Shown: positions 1-11,397, counted from the stretch's first letter. The stretch: DNA of 56,353 nt from Nitrospira japonica (GCA_020725385.1 DYFC01000031.1:1-56353); one strand, 5' to 3'. Numbers and translations: made by a program. The notes: a model not told the origin generated them from the letters alone.

Positions 1-51
1 GAGTTAAATAAATTTTTGAGCAATGTCTGCATTATTTGTTAAACTGTTTTT

Positions 52-891
52 ATGAACACAATATTTTTGTTTTATAATATGAATAAGGGTATTATGAAAA
101 AAAGGATGGTATTAATAGCATTAGCTTATATTTTTTTATTAGTTATCCCTGTATTTTCACAGGACTATATTATTGGTGAAGGCGATGTACTTAAAATAAC
201 TATCTATGACCATGAAGATCTTACTACAATCGCAAGAGTAAGCGGTGATGGTGTAATTATTTTTCCTTTAATAGGACAGATTCAGGTTAAAGGACTCACA
301 CTTACACAAATATCTGAAAAAATAGCTTCGCTATTAGCCGATGGTTATATTATAAATCCTCAAGTAAATATTTTTATTCAGGAATTTAGAAGTAAAAAAG
401 CATTCATTATGGGTGAAGTTACCAAACCGGGACTTTACGTTTTACCGGGGCAGACCACTTTTCTTGCTTTATTATCAGAAGCTGGAGGACTTACAAAGAA
501 TGCAGGAGACAGGGCAATTGTTAAAAGAAAATCAAATTCACAGGGACAAACAGAAAACATTTTTTATATTGATTTAAAGCGACTAATTGAAAAAGGAGAT
601 ACATCTGTTGACATTAATATAGCCGATGGGGATAGTATTTATATAACTAAAGCAGGAGTTTTTTATGTAACAGGTGAAGTTAAAAAACCGGATGCCTATA
701 AATATGAAGACGGAACAACTGTTATCAAAGCAATAACAATGAGCGGAGGATTTACGGATAAGGCATCAAGAAGCAAAGTAAAGATAATTAGAAAAAAGGG
801 CGATAATGAAGAGGAAGTTCTGGAAAAAGTGAAAATGGATGAACCGGTATTACCCGATGATGTTATAGTTGTTCCGGAAAGCTTCTTTTGA
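52..891 (+). CDS. Polysaccharide export protein (Wza/EpsE-like; Poly_export + SLBB domains)
   Basis: DYIIGEGDVLKITIY...VSGDGVIIFPLIG Poly_export signature and two GEVxKPG/D SLBB repeats. Translation may start at ATG 94 (MKKR + signal peptide). Confidence 0.88.
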   Translation: MNTIFLFYNMNKGIMKKRMVLIALAYIFLLVIPVFSQDYIIGEGDVLKITIYDHEDLTTIARVSGDGVIIFPLIGQIQVKGLTLTQISEKIASLLADGYIINPQVNIFIQEFRSKKAFIMGEVTKPGLYVLPGQTTFLALLSEAGGLTKNAGDRAIVKRKSNSQGQTENIFYIDLKRLIEKGDTSVDINIADGDSIYITKAGVFYVTGEVKKPDAYKYEDGTTVIKAITMSGGFTDKASRSKVKIIRKKGDNEEEVLEKVKMDEPVLPDDVIVVPESFF

Positions 892-897
892 AATATT

Positions 898-3003
898 ATG
901 GAAGAACAAGAAATACATTTAAGAGATTACTTAAAAATCATATATAAAAGAAGATATACTGTTTATACTTTTTTTACAATTGTATTTATTGTAGTTCTTA
1001 TCGGCACACTTTCTACAACACCTATTTACAAAGCTTCTACTAAAGTTCTGATCGAAAAAGTCGAACCTGCAAATCTTACGCTCCCATATCCTTATTATGC
1101 GCCTTATGAACCCGAATTTTATGAAACACAATATCAGCTTATCAAAAGTACTTCTGTTGCTTTAAAAGTTGTAAAAGCACTTTCACTTGAAAATATGTAT
1201 GAAATATATTTCAAAGGTGAAAAAATTAACCCCCGTGGCAATAAAACAAAAGCCGATGTTCTCGCAGATATTATAAGTAGCGGGATAGTCGTAACTCCTG
1301 TAAAAAACAGCAAGATAGTTACAATAAGTTTTATGTCAACTAATCCCGAATTTGCAGCTTTGGTTGCTAATTCTGTTGCAAAGGCTTATATCGAGGAAAT
1401 TCTTGACATGAGGATGAGTTCGTCCAGATATTCGATCGAATGGATGTCCAAGAAAGCTGAAGAAGAAAAAGCAAAGCTCGAAAAATCTGAAAAAGCTCTA
1501 CAGGAATTTATGAAAGCAAATGATATTGTTACTCTTCAGGATAGACTCGCTCTCACACCCGAAAAATTAAGTGAATTTAATACACAATTGATAAGAGCTG
1601 AAATGAAAAGAAAGGAATTGGAAGGTTTGTATAGTAAAGTTTCAAGCATCAATATCAAAGATGCTGAAACTATACCATATATAGCATCTGACCCTACAAT
1701 TCAGGCACTAAGAAACCAGAAACTCAAGGCAGAGCAGAATATAGAAGAACTTTCAAAAAAATATGGTTCAAAACATCCGGCGATGCTTAAAGCACAGGAA
1801 GAATTAAAAGTTATAGATCTTAAAAGAGAACAGGAAATTAAAAGAGTTATCGCATCTATTAAAAATGAATATGAACTGGCAAGAAATAATGAGAATACTT
1901 TGCGTAGAACCCTTGCCGGCACAAAATCTGAAGCCATCAGTATGAATGAAAAATTCATTCAATATAATACTCTGGCCAGAGAAGTCGAAACAAATAGACA
2001 ACTATACGATGCGCTTATCAAAAAGCTGAAAGAAGAAAGCGTTACCCAGCAGGTACAAACAGTCAATGTATGGGTTGTTGAAAGAGCAGAAAAGCCTGAT
2101 TCACCTGTTAAACCTAGAAAATCCTTAAACATCCTTCTTGGAATTATTGTTGGTCTTTTTGGAGGAGTTGGCCTCGCATTCTTTTTTGAATATCTCGACA
2201 ATACTGTAAAAACACCCGAGGATGTTGAAGCAAGAATTGGTGTTCCTGTTATAGGAGCAGTACCTTTATTAGAGGAAAAGGGTGAACATATTGAAGAAAT
2301 TATTCTTAAGGAACCACAATCAGTTCATTCGGAAAGCTATAAGAGTATAAGAACAGGAATACTTCTTGCTTCTGCAACAAAGCCGCCTCAGAATATCTTA
2401 ATTACAAGCATGGCACCTGAGGAAGGTAAAACAGCAACTTCTGTCAATTTATCTTTAACTATTGCAAGATCAGGATATTCTGTTGTTCTTGTTGACAGTG
2501 ATTTAAGAAAACCCCGCCTCCATCAGATATTCAGACTTAATAATATGAGCGGACTAAGCACGTATCTTGCCGGTGCAACTCCAGATATTGATACCATCTT
2601 AAAAACTCCTTTAATGAATCTTACTGTAATTCCAGCAGGGCCATTGCCTCCTAACCCTTCAGAATTACTCGGCTCTCAAAGAATGACCAAATTAATTGAA
2701 ACATTAAATGAACGTTTTGATCTTGCAATCTGGGATTCACCTCCTTTAATGACTGTAACAGATGGTTTAATTCTTAGCAATCTTGTTGATGGAACTATAA
2801 TTGTTGTAAGAGCAGGTAAAACTACCTATGATATTATTAAGAGAGGTTTAAAGCTAATTGATGGTAGAAGAAAAACCGATACTACTTCAAATGTGCTCGG
2901 AATAGTTATAAATGGGTTTGATGTAAAGAACGCAGATCAGTATTATTACAAATACTATAATTACTACCCATCTGAAAAGGAAGAACCAAAAAAAACAATC
3001 TAA
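898..3003 (+). CDS. wzc: Polysaccharide co-polymerase / BY tyrosine autokinase (Wzc/GumC family)
   Basis: Wzz-like N-terminus (EIHLRDY), two TM helices, P-loop EEGKT, DSDLRKP, DSPP and a C-terminal Tyr cluster YYYKYYNYY. Confidence 0.9.
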   Translation: MEEQEIHLRDYLKIIYKRRYTVYTFFTIVFIVVLIGTLSTTPIYKASTKVLIEKVEPANLTLPYPYYAPYEPEFYETQYQLIKSTSVALKVVKALSLENMYEIYFKGEKINPRGNKTKADVLADIISSGIVVTPVKNSKIVTISFMSTNPEFAALVANSVAKAYIEEILDMRMSSSRYSIEWMSKKAEEEKAKLEKSEKALQEFMKANDIVTLQDRLALTPEKLSEFNTQLIRAEMKRKELEGLYSKVSSINIKDAETIPYIASDPTIQALRNQKLKAEQNIEELSKKYGSKHPAMLKAQEELKVIDLKREQEIKRVIASIKNEYELARNNENTLRRTLAGTKSEAISMNEKFIQYNTLAREVETNRQLYDALIKKLKEESVTQQVQTVNVWVVERAEKPDSPVKPRKSLNILLGIIVGLFGGVGLAFFFEYLDNTVKTPEDVEARIGVPVIGAVPLLEEKGEHIEEIILKEPQSVHSESYKSIRTGILLASATKPPQNILITSMAPEEGKTATSVNLSLTIARSGYSVVLVDSDLRKPRLHQIFRLNNMSGLSTYLAGATPDIDTILKTPLMNLTVIPAGPLPPNPSELLGSQRMTKLIETLNERFDLAIWDSPPLMTVTDGLILSNLVDGTIIVVRAGKTTYDIIKRGLKLIDGRRKTDTTSNVLGIVINGFDVKNADQYYYKYYNYYPSEKEEPKKTI

Positions 3004-3044
3004 AAAAATGGACTATTCCAGGAAAATTATCTTACTTATAATAA

Positions 3045-5396
3045 ATGGATATGGATAAGATAATTCCTTTCCTTTTTATTTTTGTTCTTTTATTTTCTCC
3101 CCTTGCTTTCGGAACAGTAGAAATATGGTCTCTAACCATAATGGAAATTTCTGTTATTTTCTGTTTATTATTGCTGATAATAAGAAATATTAAACGGAAA
3201 AACATTCCATTTTATGAAGTGCCCGGGTTAATACCTTTTGTTTTGATTTTGTTCTATATTTTATTCCAGCTTGTTCCTCTACCGCATAGCTTATTGAAAA
3301 TTATTTCCCCTGAAACATATCGTATTTATCAAGATACTGTATTTACAGCAGGCTATGATTCTTGGGTTTCTATTTCAATTAACAAAAAACAGACATTACT
3401 TGAATTTCTCAGAATATCTTCATATGCTGCTTTTTATGTCCTTACTGTCCAGATGCTTACCGATAGGAAAATGTTAAGAAAAACTGTTTTTGTAATAATA
3501 ATTTTTGCATCGGTTCTTTCATGTTTTGCAATTTTACAACATATTCTCTCAAATAACAAAATTTACTGGCTTAGAGAATTACCATATGGAGGTTCATTTT
3601 TTGGTCCTTATGTAAATAGAAATCATTATGCAGGACTTATGGAAATGATTTTCCCTTTAATAATATCAATTTTTCTTTTGTATAAACCACACCTTCATTA
3701 TGCAACGCTGCGTGATAAAATATCAGCACTTTTTAACCTAAAAAGCACGAATGTTTATCTATTGATCGGATTCGGGGCCATATTAACAGCGACCTCTGTT
3801 TTTTTAACTCTTTCCCGGACCGGAATCATAAGTCTTTGTATATCCATGATTGTTTTTGGCTTATTATTTGTTTTAAAAAGTCAAGACAAAAAAAGAGGGG
3901 CTATTATAATAATCATAGGAATTCTTGTTGTCCTTTCTGTTGGATGGTTTGGCTGGGAGCCAATCTTTGAAAGATTCGAGAAACTAAAGGATGCAAGATA
4001 CAACATCGAAGAGACCAGGCTTCAGATATGGGATGACAGTATAAAAATAGTAAAAGATTTTCCATTAACCGGAACAGGGATGGGTACCTTTATAAATATT
4101 TATCCACGTTACAGAACAGTCCCCGGTAATGCAATTGCAGCACATGCGCATAATGACTATATCGAATTTTATACAGATGGAGGGGCTATTTTATACTTTC
4201 TTGGTTTGATTTTTTCAGGAATATTTTTCTATAAAGTTTTTAAAGCTTTTACGAAAAGAAAAGATATTTTTTCAATTTATATATTTATAGCATCTATAAG
4301 CGGCATAATTTCTATAATAATTCATAGTGCTACTGACTTTAATTTGCATATAGCAGCAAACGGACTTTATTTTACATTTTTATTCGGGCTTACAGTTTCA
4401 GCAGCCAATACAAGAATGCACCATCATCTAAACAATACTAATTTAAGGGAAATAAAAATTAATACCAAAGTTATACTATCAAGCACCATAATATTATTTT
4501 TAACAATCTTAGTTTTTAATATCAGGTTTTTAATTGGTGAATTTTATTTTTCAAAAATTAGAGATATTAAAATTACAAATAACCTTTCTCAAAATGAATT
4601 CAATGAAATAAGAACTGCTTCAACTAAAGCCTCTATTTTCGATTCATTAGAAGCAGAATATTTCTATGCAACAGCAAACATTGAATGGCTGATGTCGAGT
4701 AAAGAAAATGCAAAAGCAAAATACTTAAAAGCTGTCTGGCTTAATCCTGTTAGTGGGGAGTATTTACAAAGACTCGGTCTTGTTATATCTGATTTTAAAA
4801 AATATGATGTTGCAAACAAGCTTTTACTTGCTGGAATCGATTTTGATAAACAAAATATTTCGAGATATAAAAGATATGTTGCATGGCTTTTTGCGGTTGG
4901 CAGAAATGATGAGGCAAAAAATATTATAAGAAAAGCTATTATAATAGAACCTGAAAAAACAAGAGAATTTGTTACAATAATGATATTAGAAAAAATGGAT
5001 GATTATGAAATATTATCTGTTTTGCCAGAAATACCTGTACCATATCTTATATTCGCGGATTATCTATTGAAAACAGGAAATGAAAAGATGGCTGAAATCG
5101 TTTACACAAATGCTTTTGATTTAATTAAAGAAGATAGAAATTTCCCGGCGTCTTATATTTTTTCGATTAAAAATTACTATTTGAAAAAAGGCAGATTCGA
5201 GGAAGCTTTAAACTTTTTGAAAAAAACCGAGGCATTTTCTCCTAATAATATAAAAATTAAAATTAATATAGGTGATATTTATGAAAAACTCGGGAATAAG
5301 GATAAAGCTGCTGAAGAATATAAAAAAGCACTTAATATTGATCCAAACTATATAGATGCAAAGATACGGCTTGAAAGGTTATCAGCAAGAAAATAG
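3045..5396 (+). CDS. O-antigen ligase/Wzy_C-family membrane protein with C-terminal TPR repeats
   Basis: About 12 TM segments, GPYVNRNH, SRTG, GTGMGTF and HAHNDY motifs, TPR tail (KAAEEYKKALNIDP). Confidence 0.85.
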   Translation: MDMDKIIPFLFIFVLLFSPLAFGTVEIWSLTIMEISVIFCLLLLIIRNIKRKNIPFYEVPGLIPFVLILFYILFQLVPLPHSLLKIISPETYRIYQDTVFTAGYDSWVSISINKKQTLLEFLRISSYAAFYVLTVQMLTDRKMLRKTVFVIIIFASVLSCFAILQHILSNNKIYWLRELPYGGSFFGPYVNRNHYAGLMEMIFPLIISIFLLYKPHLHYATLRDKISALFNLKSTNVYLLIGFGAILTATSVFLTLSRTGIISLCISMIVFGLLFVLKSQDKKRGAIIIIIGILVVLSVGWFGWEPIFERFEKLKDARYNIEETRLQIWDDSIKIVKDFPLTGTGMGTFINIYPRYRTVPGNAIAAHAHNDYIEFYTDGGAILYFLGLIFSGIFFYKVFKAFTKRKDIFSIYIFIASISGIISIIIHSATDFNLHIAANGLYFTFLFGLTVSAANTRMHHHLNNTNLREIKINTKVILSSTIILFLTILVFNIRFLIGEFYFSKIRDIKITNNLSQNEFNEIRTASTKASIFDSLEAEYFYATANIEWLMSSKENAKAKYLKAVWLNPVSGEYLQRLGLVISDFKKYDVANKLLLAGIDFDKQNISRYKRYVAWLFAVGRNDEAKNIIRKAIIIEPEKTREFVTIMILEKMDDYEILSVLPEIPVPYLIFADYLLKTGNEKMAEIVYTNAFDLIKEDRNFPASYIFSIKNYYLKKGRFEEALNFLKKTEAFSPNNIKIKINIGDIYEKLGNKDKAAEEYKKALNIDPNYIDAKIRLERLSARK

Positions 5397-5465
5397 AGTT
5401 GATCAAATAGTTTTGTGATACAAAATCATTGGTTAGAGTCTGTATATAAATAATATAGACAATCT

Positions 5466-5540
5466 GTCATTCCCCGACTTGCTCGGGGAATCCAGTCTTT
5501 TTAATAGGTTCTGGATTGTCCGGTCAAGCCGGACAATGAC
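5466..5540. repeat. Palindromic intergenic element (dRS3/RPE-like, cruciform)
   Basis: GTCATT-CCCCGA cttgc TCGGGG-AATCCAG ... CTGGATT-GTCCGG tcaag CCGGAC-AATGAC: nested inverted repeats, GC-rich in an AT-rich spacer. Confidence 0.8.
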
Positions 5541-5581
5541 AAAACCAGACTTTATATATGAATAAAGTTTAGGAGGTTTTT

Positions 5582-6199
5582 ATGGTTGAGCTTGGTAAAA
5601 TAACTAAACCCGATATAGATAACTTCAAAGGAAAAAGAAAACTTTATTGTGTAGCTAATGTCTTCAGCATGGAAGATGCACCTGATGATTATAAAGAGAT
5701 AATTGTAAAATACTGGGATGAAGTTGCTGCCCAGATCGATAAAATAGAAACAGCAGGCAAGATAAAAAAGATTTTTTCAGAAATAATCCTCGATACAAGC
5801 GAATCTTCTTTCGAAGTCCTAAATAAAATCAGCGAGAAACTTAAAAATATTGTAATCCAAAAATTAGAAGATGGCGCCCAGCTTATTCCGATTGAGGACA
5901 GAGAATTATTGGGAGCACTTACAGACTGGAGTAATTGCCTAAGGGTAATTTATACAAAAGAAGTTTTTTCTAAGGTATTTTCATTTTTCAATGAGGTTGC
6001 AGAAAAAAGAAGAGAGCATATTCTTAATGTAATCACCAAGAACCTTTTTGAATCAGAAGCGGGTCTTCTAATAATGAAAGATGAAGATAGGGTTAAACTT
6101 CAGTTTCCAACTGATATTGAAATATTCCTGATAACACCGCCTTCATATGATGATATTATAAGATGGTTCAGGAATAAAATGATGAAGGAGGGGCAATAA
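5582..6199 (+). CDS. Conserved hypothetical protein
   Basis: 205-aa ORF with strong SD (AGGAGG). No motif recognised. Confidence 0.75.
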   Translation: MVELGKITKPDIDNFKGKRKLYCVANVFSMEDAPDDYKEIIVKYWDEVAAQIDKIETAGKIKKIFSEIILDTSESSFEVLNKISEKLKNIVIQKLEDGAQLIPIEDRELLGALTDWSNCLRVIYTKEVFSKVFSFFNEVAEKRREHILNVITKNLFESEAGLLIMKDEDRVKLQFPTDIEIFLITPPSYDDIIRWFRNKMMKEGQ

Positions 6200-6203
6200 A
6201 ATT

Positions 6204-6686
6204 ATGTTAGTCGGAATAATGTCCGATACCCATGATAACCAGGAGTTAACACTAAAAGCTATAGAGCTATTCAATATTAATAAAACAGAACTCGTTATTC
6301 ATGCTGGAGATTATACATCTCCTTTTACACTTAAGCTTTTTAATAATCTCAAATGTAAATTTGCCGGTATCTTTGGAAATAATGATGGTGATAAACTTCT
6401 TTTACAAGAAAGAGCAAACGGTAATTTACACAACCAGCCATATATATTTACGCTTTATGAGAAAAAGTTTATTGTAATACACGAGCATCATATTGTTGAT
6501 GCACTTGCAGACAGCGGGCATTATGATATTGTTATTTATGGACATACCCATGAAGCAGAGATAAGAAAATCAAAGAATGCGCTTATAATAAATCCCGGAG
6601 AGACAGGCGCATGGCTTTATGGCAAAGCAACAGTTGCATTACTTGATTTGAAAAATATGTATGCAGAAATTTTGAAATTAAATTAG
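6204..6686 (+). CDS. Metallophosphoesterase, YfcE/MJ0936 family
   Basis: SDTH, HAGD, GNND, YGHTH and INPG motifs. Confidence 0.9.
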   Translation: MLVGIMSDTHDNQELTLKAIELFNINKTELVIHAGDYTSPFTLKLFNNLKCKFAGIFGNNDGDKLLLQERANGNLHNQPYIFTLYEKKFIVIHEHHIVDALADSGHYDIVIYGHTHEAEIRKSKNALIINPGETGAWLYGKATVALLDLKNMYAEILKLN

Positions 6687-6738
6687 CCCGGCTAATGTAT
6701 TATTGATAATGGATTCCCTGGCGCAATTATGGATATTT

Positions 6739-8883
6739 TCATTTTAGAGCTTCTCTTATTTTATAGGAGAGTTCATCAATTTTGAATGGTTTTTGAATAA
6801 AACCTTTGCATCCCATTTTAAGAATATTTTCTGTTTCTCCATTAAGACAATATCCACTCGATAAAAGTACCCTGACATTTTTATTTATTTCCTGTAGTTT
6901 TCTTAGAATTTCGCCGCCGCTCATTTCAGGTAAAATCATATCGAGAATAACAAGCTGTATATCTCCATAATATCTTTTAAATATTTCAATGCCTTCTTTA
7001 CCACTTTGTGCGGTCATTATTTTATATCCAAATTCTTCAAGAAGGCCTTTTAAGGATTCTATATTCATAATGTCATCATCAATAAGAAGTAGAGTCTCAT
7101 GTCCGTAAATTAAACTTTTTTGAGGTTGCCCGGAAGTAACCGCTTTTTTTTCTAATGCCGGAAGATAAATCGAAAATGTTGCTCCATGTCCTTTTTCACT
7201 ATAGACATTTATAGTGCCGCCATGATTTTTTATAATACCATATGCAGAAGCAAGCCCTAATCCATTACCTTCACCTAATCCTCTTGTCGTAAAAAATGGT
7301 TCAAAAACTCTCTGTTTTGTTGCTTCATCCATTCCAATCCCTGTATCTGTAATGGAAATTTTTATATATTCTCCGGGCTTGATATTATAAGTTATACTTT
7401 CCTCTTCATTAATAGATATGTTTTTGGTTTCAATATAGATATTGCCTCCCGATGGCATTGCCTGCCATGCGTTTATATAAATATTTAAGAGAACCTGCTC
7501 AATTTGAGATTTATCCGCTTCAACAGTATTAATGTTTTCCTCAAGATTTTTATATATTGTTATATCTTTTCTTGTCATTCCGAACATTTCAGAAGTGTCC
7601 TTAATTAGTTTATTTATATCGAGAGGTTTAACATTATATTTTCCACCTCTTGCAAACCCGATTAACTGTCTTGTAAGATCTGCACCATCTTCAACAAGCC
7701 TTTCAATGGCTTTTAGTTTGTCATAAAAAGGATGGAGTGCATCAACTTTCATTAGCATTAATGAAGTGTTTCCGAGTATTCCCATTAACAGATTATTAAA
7801 ATTATGCGCGATTCCTCCAGCCAGAGTTCCGATTGTTTCCATTTTTTGGGATTGAAATAATTGTTCTTCAAGCTTTTTTTGCTGGGTTATATCCCTGAGA
7901 AAATTCAATGTTGCAGGTTTTCCCTCCCATTCTATTAACATAGCTGTAATTTCTACAATTACTATTTCGCCTTTTTTATTTATACCTCTAAAAGTATATG
8001 TTGCGGGAACATTTTCTCCTTTAATTCTCTTTTTGTAGCGCTCAAGCACCATTTCTCTGTCATCCTCATGGACAAATGAAGTAAACGGAACTTTTGTTAG
8101 CTCATCTTTTGAATAACCAGAGAATTCTGCTAAACGACGATTAGGAAATTTTATGATTCCATCCTGAATAATAAAAATTGCATCATTAGCATTTTCAACA
8201 ACAAGACGGTATTTTTCCTCAGAATCCCGTAATTTTTGTTCTGTAATCTTATGGCTGGCAATCTCCTGTTCAAGTTTTAAAGAATATGCATTTAATTTTT
8301 CAAATTGTTTAGCATTGTTGAGACTTACGGAAAGCTGGTCTGAAATTGTTTTAATAAAACTATACGATTGTCTGAAATCTTTTTCTTTTTTTGACGCAAT
8401 TCCCAATATCCCCAACTCCTCCCCACCATAAACCAAAGGAATGGCTGAAAAAGATTTAAAACCTGCTTTTTTACATTCCTTCCATGTACATCTTTTATCT
8501 CGATTAATGTCAATAGAAAAAACAGGCTTGGCATTTAAAGAAGCAATTCCGCATAAACATTCTCCTTTAATATGAATTGGAATTTCTTCAGGTTTTGGAT
8601 TGTTATCTTTAGATGCAATTGAACATAGAAGCAAATCATTATTGTCGTGTAAAAAAATCATGACTGCATCAAGAGCCAGATTTCTTGAAATTTCTTTTGT
8701 CGCTATATCGCATATTTCTTTAACAGAAAGTCTTGATGTTAAAGCTTTTGCTAACTTATTGATAATAAAAAGTTGTTTGTTAATTTGTTTTAGACGTGAG
8801 GATTTTTTTAGGGATAGTAATTTATTTTCTTCGGCTTGATTGTTTTTTTTGTTGTTTTTTTCTTTTTTTGTTTTCTTCTGCAT
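6739..8883 (-). CDS. Hybrid sensor histidine kinase (GAF-PAS-HisKA-HATPase-REC)
   Basis: GAF region, ENANDAI PAS, AHNFNN H-box, DTGIGM/GLGL G-boxes and a C-terminal receiver (LIDDD, LDMILP, KPF). Confidence 0.92.
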   Translation of the reverse strand: MQKKTKKEKNNKKNNQAEENKLLSLKKSSRLKQINKQLFIINKLAKALTSRLSVKEICDIATKEISRNLALDAVMIFLHDNNDLLLCSIASKDNNPKPEEIPIHIKGECLCGIASLNAKPVFSIDINRDKRCTWKECKKAGFKSFSAIPLVYGGEELGILGIASKKEKDFRQSYSFIKTISDQLSVSLNNAKQFEKLNAYSLKLEQEIASHKITEQKLRDSEEKYRLVVENANDAIFIIQDGIIKFPNRRLAEFSGYSKDELTKVPFTSFVHEDDREMVLERYKKRIKGENVPATYTFRGINKKGEIVIVEITAMLIEWEGKPATLNFLRDITQQKKLEEQLFQSQKMETIGTLAGGIAHNFNNLLMGILGNTSLMLMKVDALHPFYDKLKAIERLVEDGADLTRQLIGFARGGKYNVKPLDINKLIKDTSEMFGMTRKDITIYKNLEENINTVEADKSQIEQVLLNIYINAWQAMPSGGNIYIETKNISINEEESITYNIKPGEYIKISITDTGIGMDEATKQRVFEPFFTTRGLGEGNGLGLASAYGIIKNHGGTINVYSEKGHGATFSIYLPALEKKAVTSGQPQKSLIYGHETLLLIDDDIMNIESLKGLLEEFGYKIMTAQSGKEGIEIFKRYYGDIQLVILDMILPEMSGGEILRKLQEINKNVRVLLSSGYCLNGETENILKMGCKGFIQKPFKIDELSYKIREALK

Positions 8884-9049
8884 TGTACACCCCTAAGATA
8901 ATAACTGTACAATGATTTTCTTAATGATATGACTTTTTAAATAAATAAATCAATACTTTTTTACCGGATACTACAGAGATTGATTGCCCCGAAAATTGAG
9001 AATGTGATAATGCGCTCCCTGTCTAAGTGTTATTTTTGTCTATTTTCTC

Positions 9050-9076
9050 TAAAGTTTTTTCCGGAATTTCCGATAA
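9050..9076 (+). promoter_or_regulatory. Sigma-28 (FliA) promoter for cheW-mcp
   Basis: TAAA-N15-TCCGATAA, with TAAAGTTT at the -35, upstream of chemotaxis genes. Confidence 0.8.
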
Positions 9077-9144
9077 GGATTATAGTAGTCATTAATCAGG
9101 ATTTTTGGAAATTTTATGAAAAATAATTAAAAGGAGCATTGATT

Positions 9145-9621
9145 ATGAGCACGGTTGATTCAAAAACAGATATCCTTCAACTTGTTTCTTTCAATCTTGG
9201 TAATGAGGAATATGCTGTTGATATTCTCAAGGTACAGGAAATCAACAGGATGGTAGAAATTACGACAATCCCGAATGCGCCTTCATATGTTGAAGGTGTA
9301 ATTAATCTTCGCGGGAAGGTAATACCGGTGATTAATCTGAGAAAAAAATTCGGATTTGAAATCAAGGAGATGGACACCCATTCACGTATTATTGTAGTAG
9401 ATGTTGGAAACACTGTTGGTCTTATAGTTGACTCTGTTTCAGAGGTTTTGCGGTTATCTTCAGATACTGTTGAACCTCCTCCCAGGATGACAGGAAATGG
9501 TAGCGCAGATTATATTCTCGGTATAGGAAAATTACAGGATAGATTGCTTATTTTACTCGATATCGAAACTCTTCTAAAAGATGGAAATAACCAGTATCTA
9601 ATCGAACAGGTTCAAAATTAA
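9145..9621 (+). CDS. cheW: Chemotaxis coupling protein CheW
   Basis: EEYAVDILKVQEI, GVINLRG, GLIVDSV. SD AAGGAG favours ATG 9145 over TTG 9139. Confidence 0.95.
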   Translation: MSTVDSKTDILQLVSFNLGNEEYAVDILKVQEINRMVEITTIPNAPSYVEGVINLRGKVIPVINLRKKFGFEIKEMDTHSRIIVVDVGNTVGLIVDSVSEVLRLSSDTVEPPPRMTGNGSADYILGIGKLQDRLLILLDIETLLKDGNNQYLIEQVQN

Positions 9622-9647
9622 TTTTCTAAAAAAGAAGGAGATAGAGA

Positions 9648-11270
9648 ATGTTTAAAGATATGACCATTAAAATGAGATTGATGGCAGGATTTGGAGTTTT
9701 GACAGTTCTTACATTAATAATATCCATAGTTTCAGTTTTCAGTCTCTATTACATAAAAAGCGATGTTAATACAGTTGTGAATGACAGATGGCCTGAAAGT
9801 GTTGCAGCAAATAATGTGGTTAATAACATAAATGTTGTTGCAAGGGCATTAAGAAACGCTATTATTTTATCCGATAATCTCCAAATACGGGAAGAATTAG
9901 ATAGGATAGAAAAAGCAAGGACTGAAGTTGCCCAGGAGCTTGAAAAACTCGAAAAACTTATTGATACGGATAAACAGAAAGAAATTTTAAAGAAAATCAT
10001 AGATTCAAGAGCAGCATATTCAGAAGCACAAAAAAATATTATATCTTTGATTAAACAGGGGAAGAAGGCCGAAGCAGGTTCAGAACTCATAACCAAACTA
10101 CGTCCTCTTCAGAGAGAATATATGTCAAATGTAGAAGATTTAATTGTGTTGACCGGCAATCTTGTTGATGAATCCGGCAAAAAAACATTTTCAGGAATAA
10201 ATAGATCAATTACTGTTACAATTGCTCTTTTCTGCATTGTAGCTGTTCTTGCAGGTAGCACGGCTATCTGGATTTTACGCGGTATAACTATTCCTTTAAA
10301 CAAAGCTGTTGAAGTTGCAAATAAAGTTGCCGGAGGCGATTTGTCAGTAAATATAGAGACAGAGAGTAGCAATGAAATAGGTCAACTTTCACTTGCTGTA
10401 AAACATATGGTCGATAAAATTAAAGATGTTATTGCCAATGTAAAATCTACTTCGGATAATCTTGCTTCTGCGAGTCAGGAACTTTCTGCGAGTGCAGAGC
10501 AAATGTCAAGAGGATTGACAGAACAGTCAGGACGGTCTTCACAAATAGCAACTGCAGCAACTGAAATGTCACAGACAATCGTTGATGTTGCAAAGAATTC
10601 TTCGAATATAGCTTCTTCAGCCACAGAGACTCTAAAAGTTGCTGATAATGGCAAAGACATAGTCGGAAAATCTGTAGAAGAGGTAAAGGCTATAGCTGAG
10701 ACTGTGAATGAATCCGCGAAACTTATATCATCGCTTGGTGAGCGTTCAAAACAGATCGGTGAGATTGTAAATGTTATCAAAGACATAGCAGACCAGACAA
10801 ATCTTCTTGCGCTTAATGCTGCAATTGAAGCTGCCCGTGCAGGGGAACAGGGAAGGGGTTTTGCTGTTGTTGCTGATGAGGTTAGGAAACTTGCTGAAAG
10901 AACAGCGAAAGCAACAGCAGAAATAAGTGAGATGATAGGAGCAATTCAAAATGAAATGGAACAGGCTGTGGGATCAATGGAAGAGGGTACAAAAAGGGTA
11001 GAAACAGGAGTTCAGTTTTCAGCCCAGGCAGGAGATGCTTTAAGGAAGATTGTCGGTAGCGTCGGTGAACTCCAAGCAATGGTGCAACAGATTGCAACAG
11101 CAACAGAGGAAATGTCAACAGCATCCGAACAGATAAGTAATGATATTGAGACTATAGCGAATGTTGCAAAAGAGACAACCGTCAGTTCTGAACAGGTTTC
11201 CGAAGCATCTTCTGATCTCGCAAGGCTTGCAGGAAATCTTCAAGGTATAGTTGCTCAATTTAAAGTTTAA
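9648..11270 (+). CDS. Methyl-accepting chemotaxis protein (4HB sensor, HAMP, MA domain)
   Basis: Two TMs, HAMP (EIGQL), [34 protein letters not shown]. Confidence 0.95.
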   Translation: MFKDMTIKMRLMAGFGVLTVLTLIISIVSVFSLYYIKSDVNTVVNDRWPESVAANNVVNNINVVARALRNAIILSDNLQIREELDRIEKARTEVAQELEKLEKLIDTDKQKEILKKIIDSRAAYSEAQKNIISLIKQGKKAEAGSELITKLRPLQREYMSNVEDLIVLTGNLVDESGKKTFSGINRSITVTIALFCIVAVLAGSTAIWILRGITIPLNKAVEVANKVAGGDLSVNIETESSNEIGQLSLAVKHMVDKIKDVIANVKSTSDNLASASQELSASAEQMSRGLTEQSGRSSQIATAATEMSQTIVDVAKNSSNIASSATETLKVADNGKDIVGKSVEEVKAIAETVNESAKLISSLGERSKQIGEIVNVIKDIADQTNLLALNAAIEAARAGEQGRGFAVVADEVRKLAERTAKATAEISEMIGAIQNEMEQAVGSMEEGTKRVETGVQFSAQAGDALRKIVGSVGELQAMVQQIATATEEMSTASEQISNDIETIANVAKETTVSSEQVSEASSDLARLAGNLQGIVAQFKV

Positions 11271-11311
11271 AATTATTTTCAATGCCGGGTTCGGTTATGA
11301 ACCTGACTATG

Positions 11312-11354
11312 CAGGGCAGGTACTGATTTTATTCATACCTGCCCTGTCCATTTT
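11312..11354 (+). terminator. Probable intrinsic terminator
   Basis: CAGGGCAGGTA...TACCTGCCCTG stem followed closely by a T-run. Confidence 0.65.
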
Positions 11355-11370
11355 ATTAAAATGCTATTGC

Positions 11371-11397
11371 TAAAGTTTTCTTTAAAAAAGACGATAA
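11371..11397 (+). promoter_or_regulatory. Sigma-28 (FliA) promoter for second MCP
   Basis: TAAA-N15-GACGATAA, with TAAAGTTT at the -35. Confidence 0.78.
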
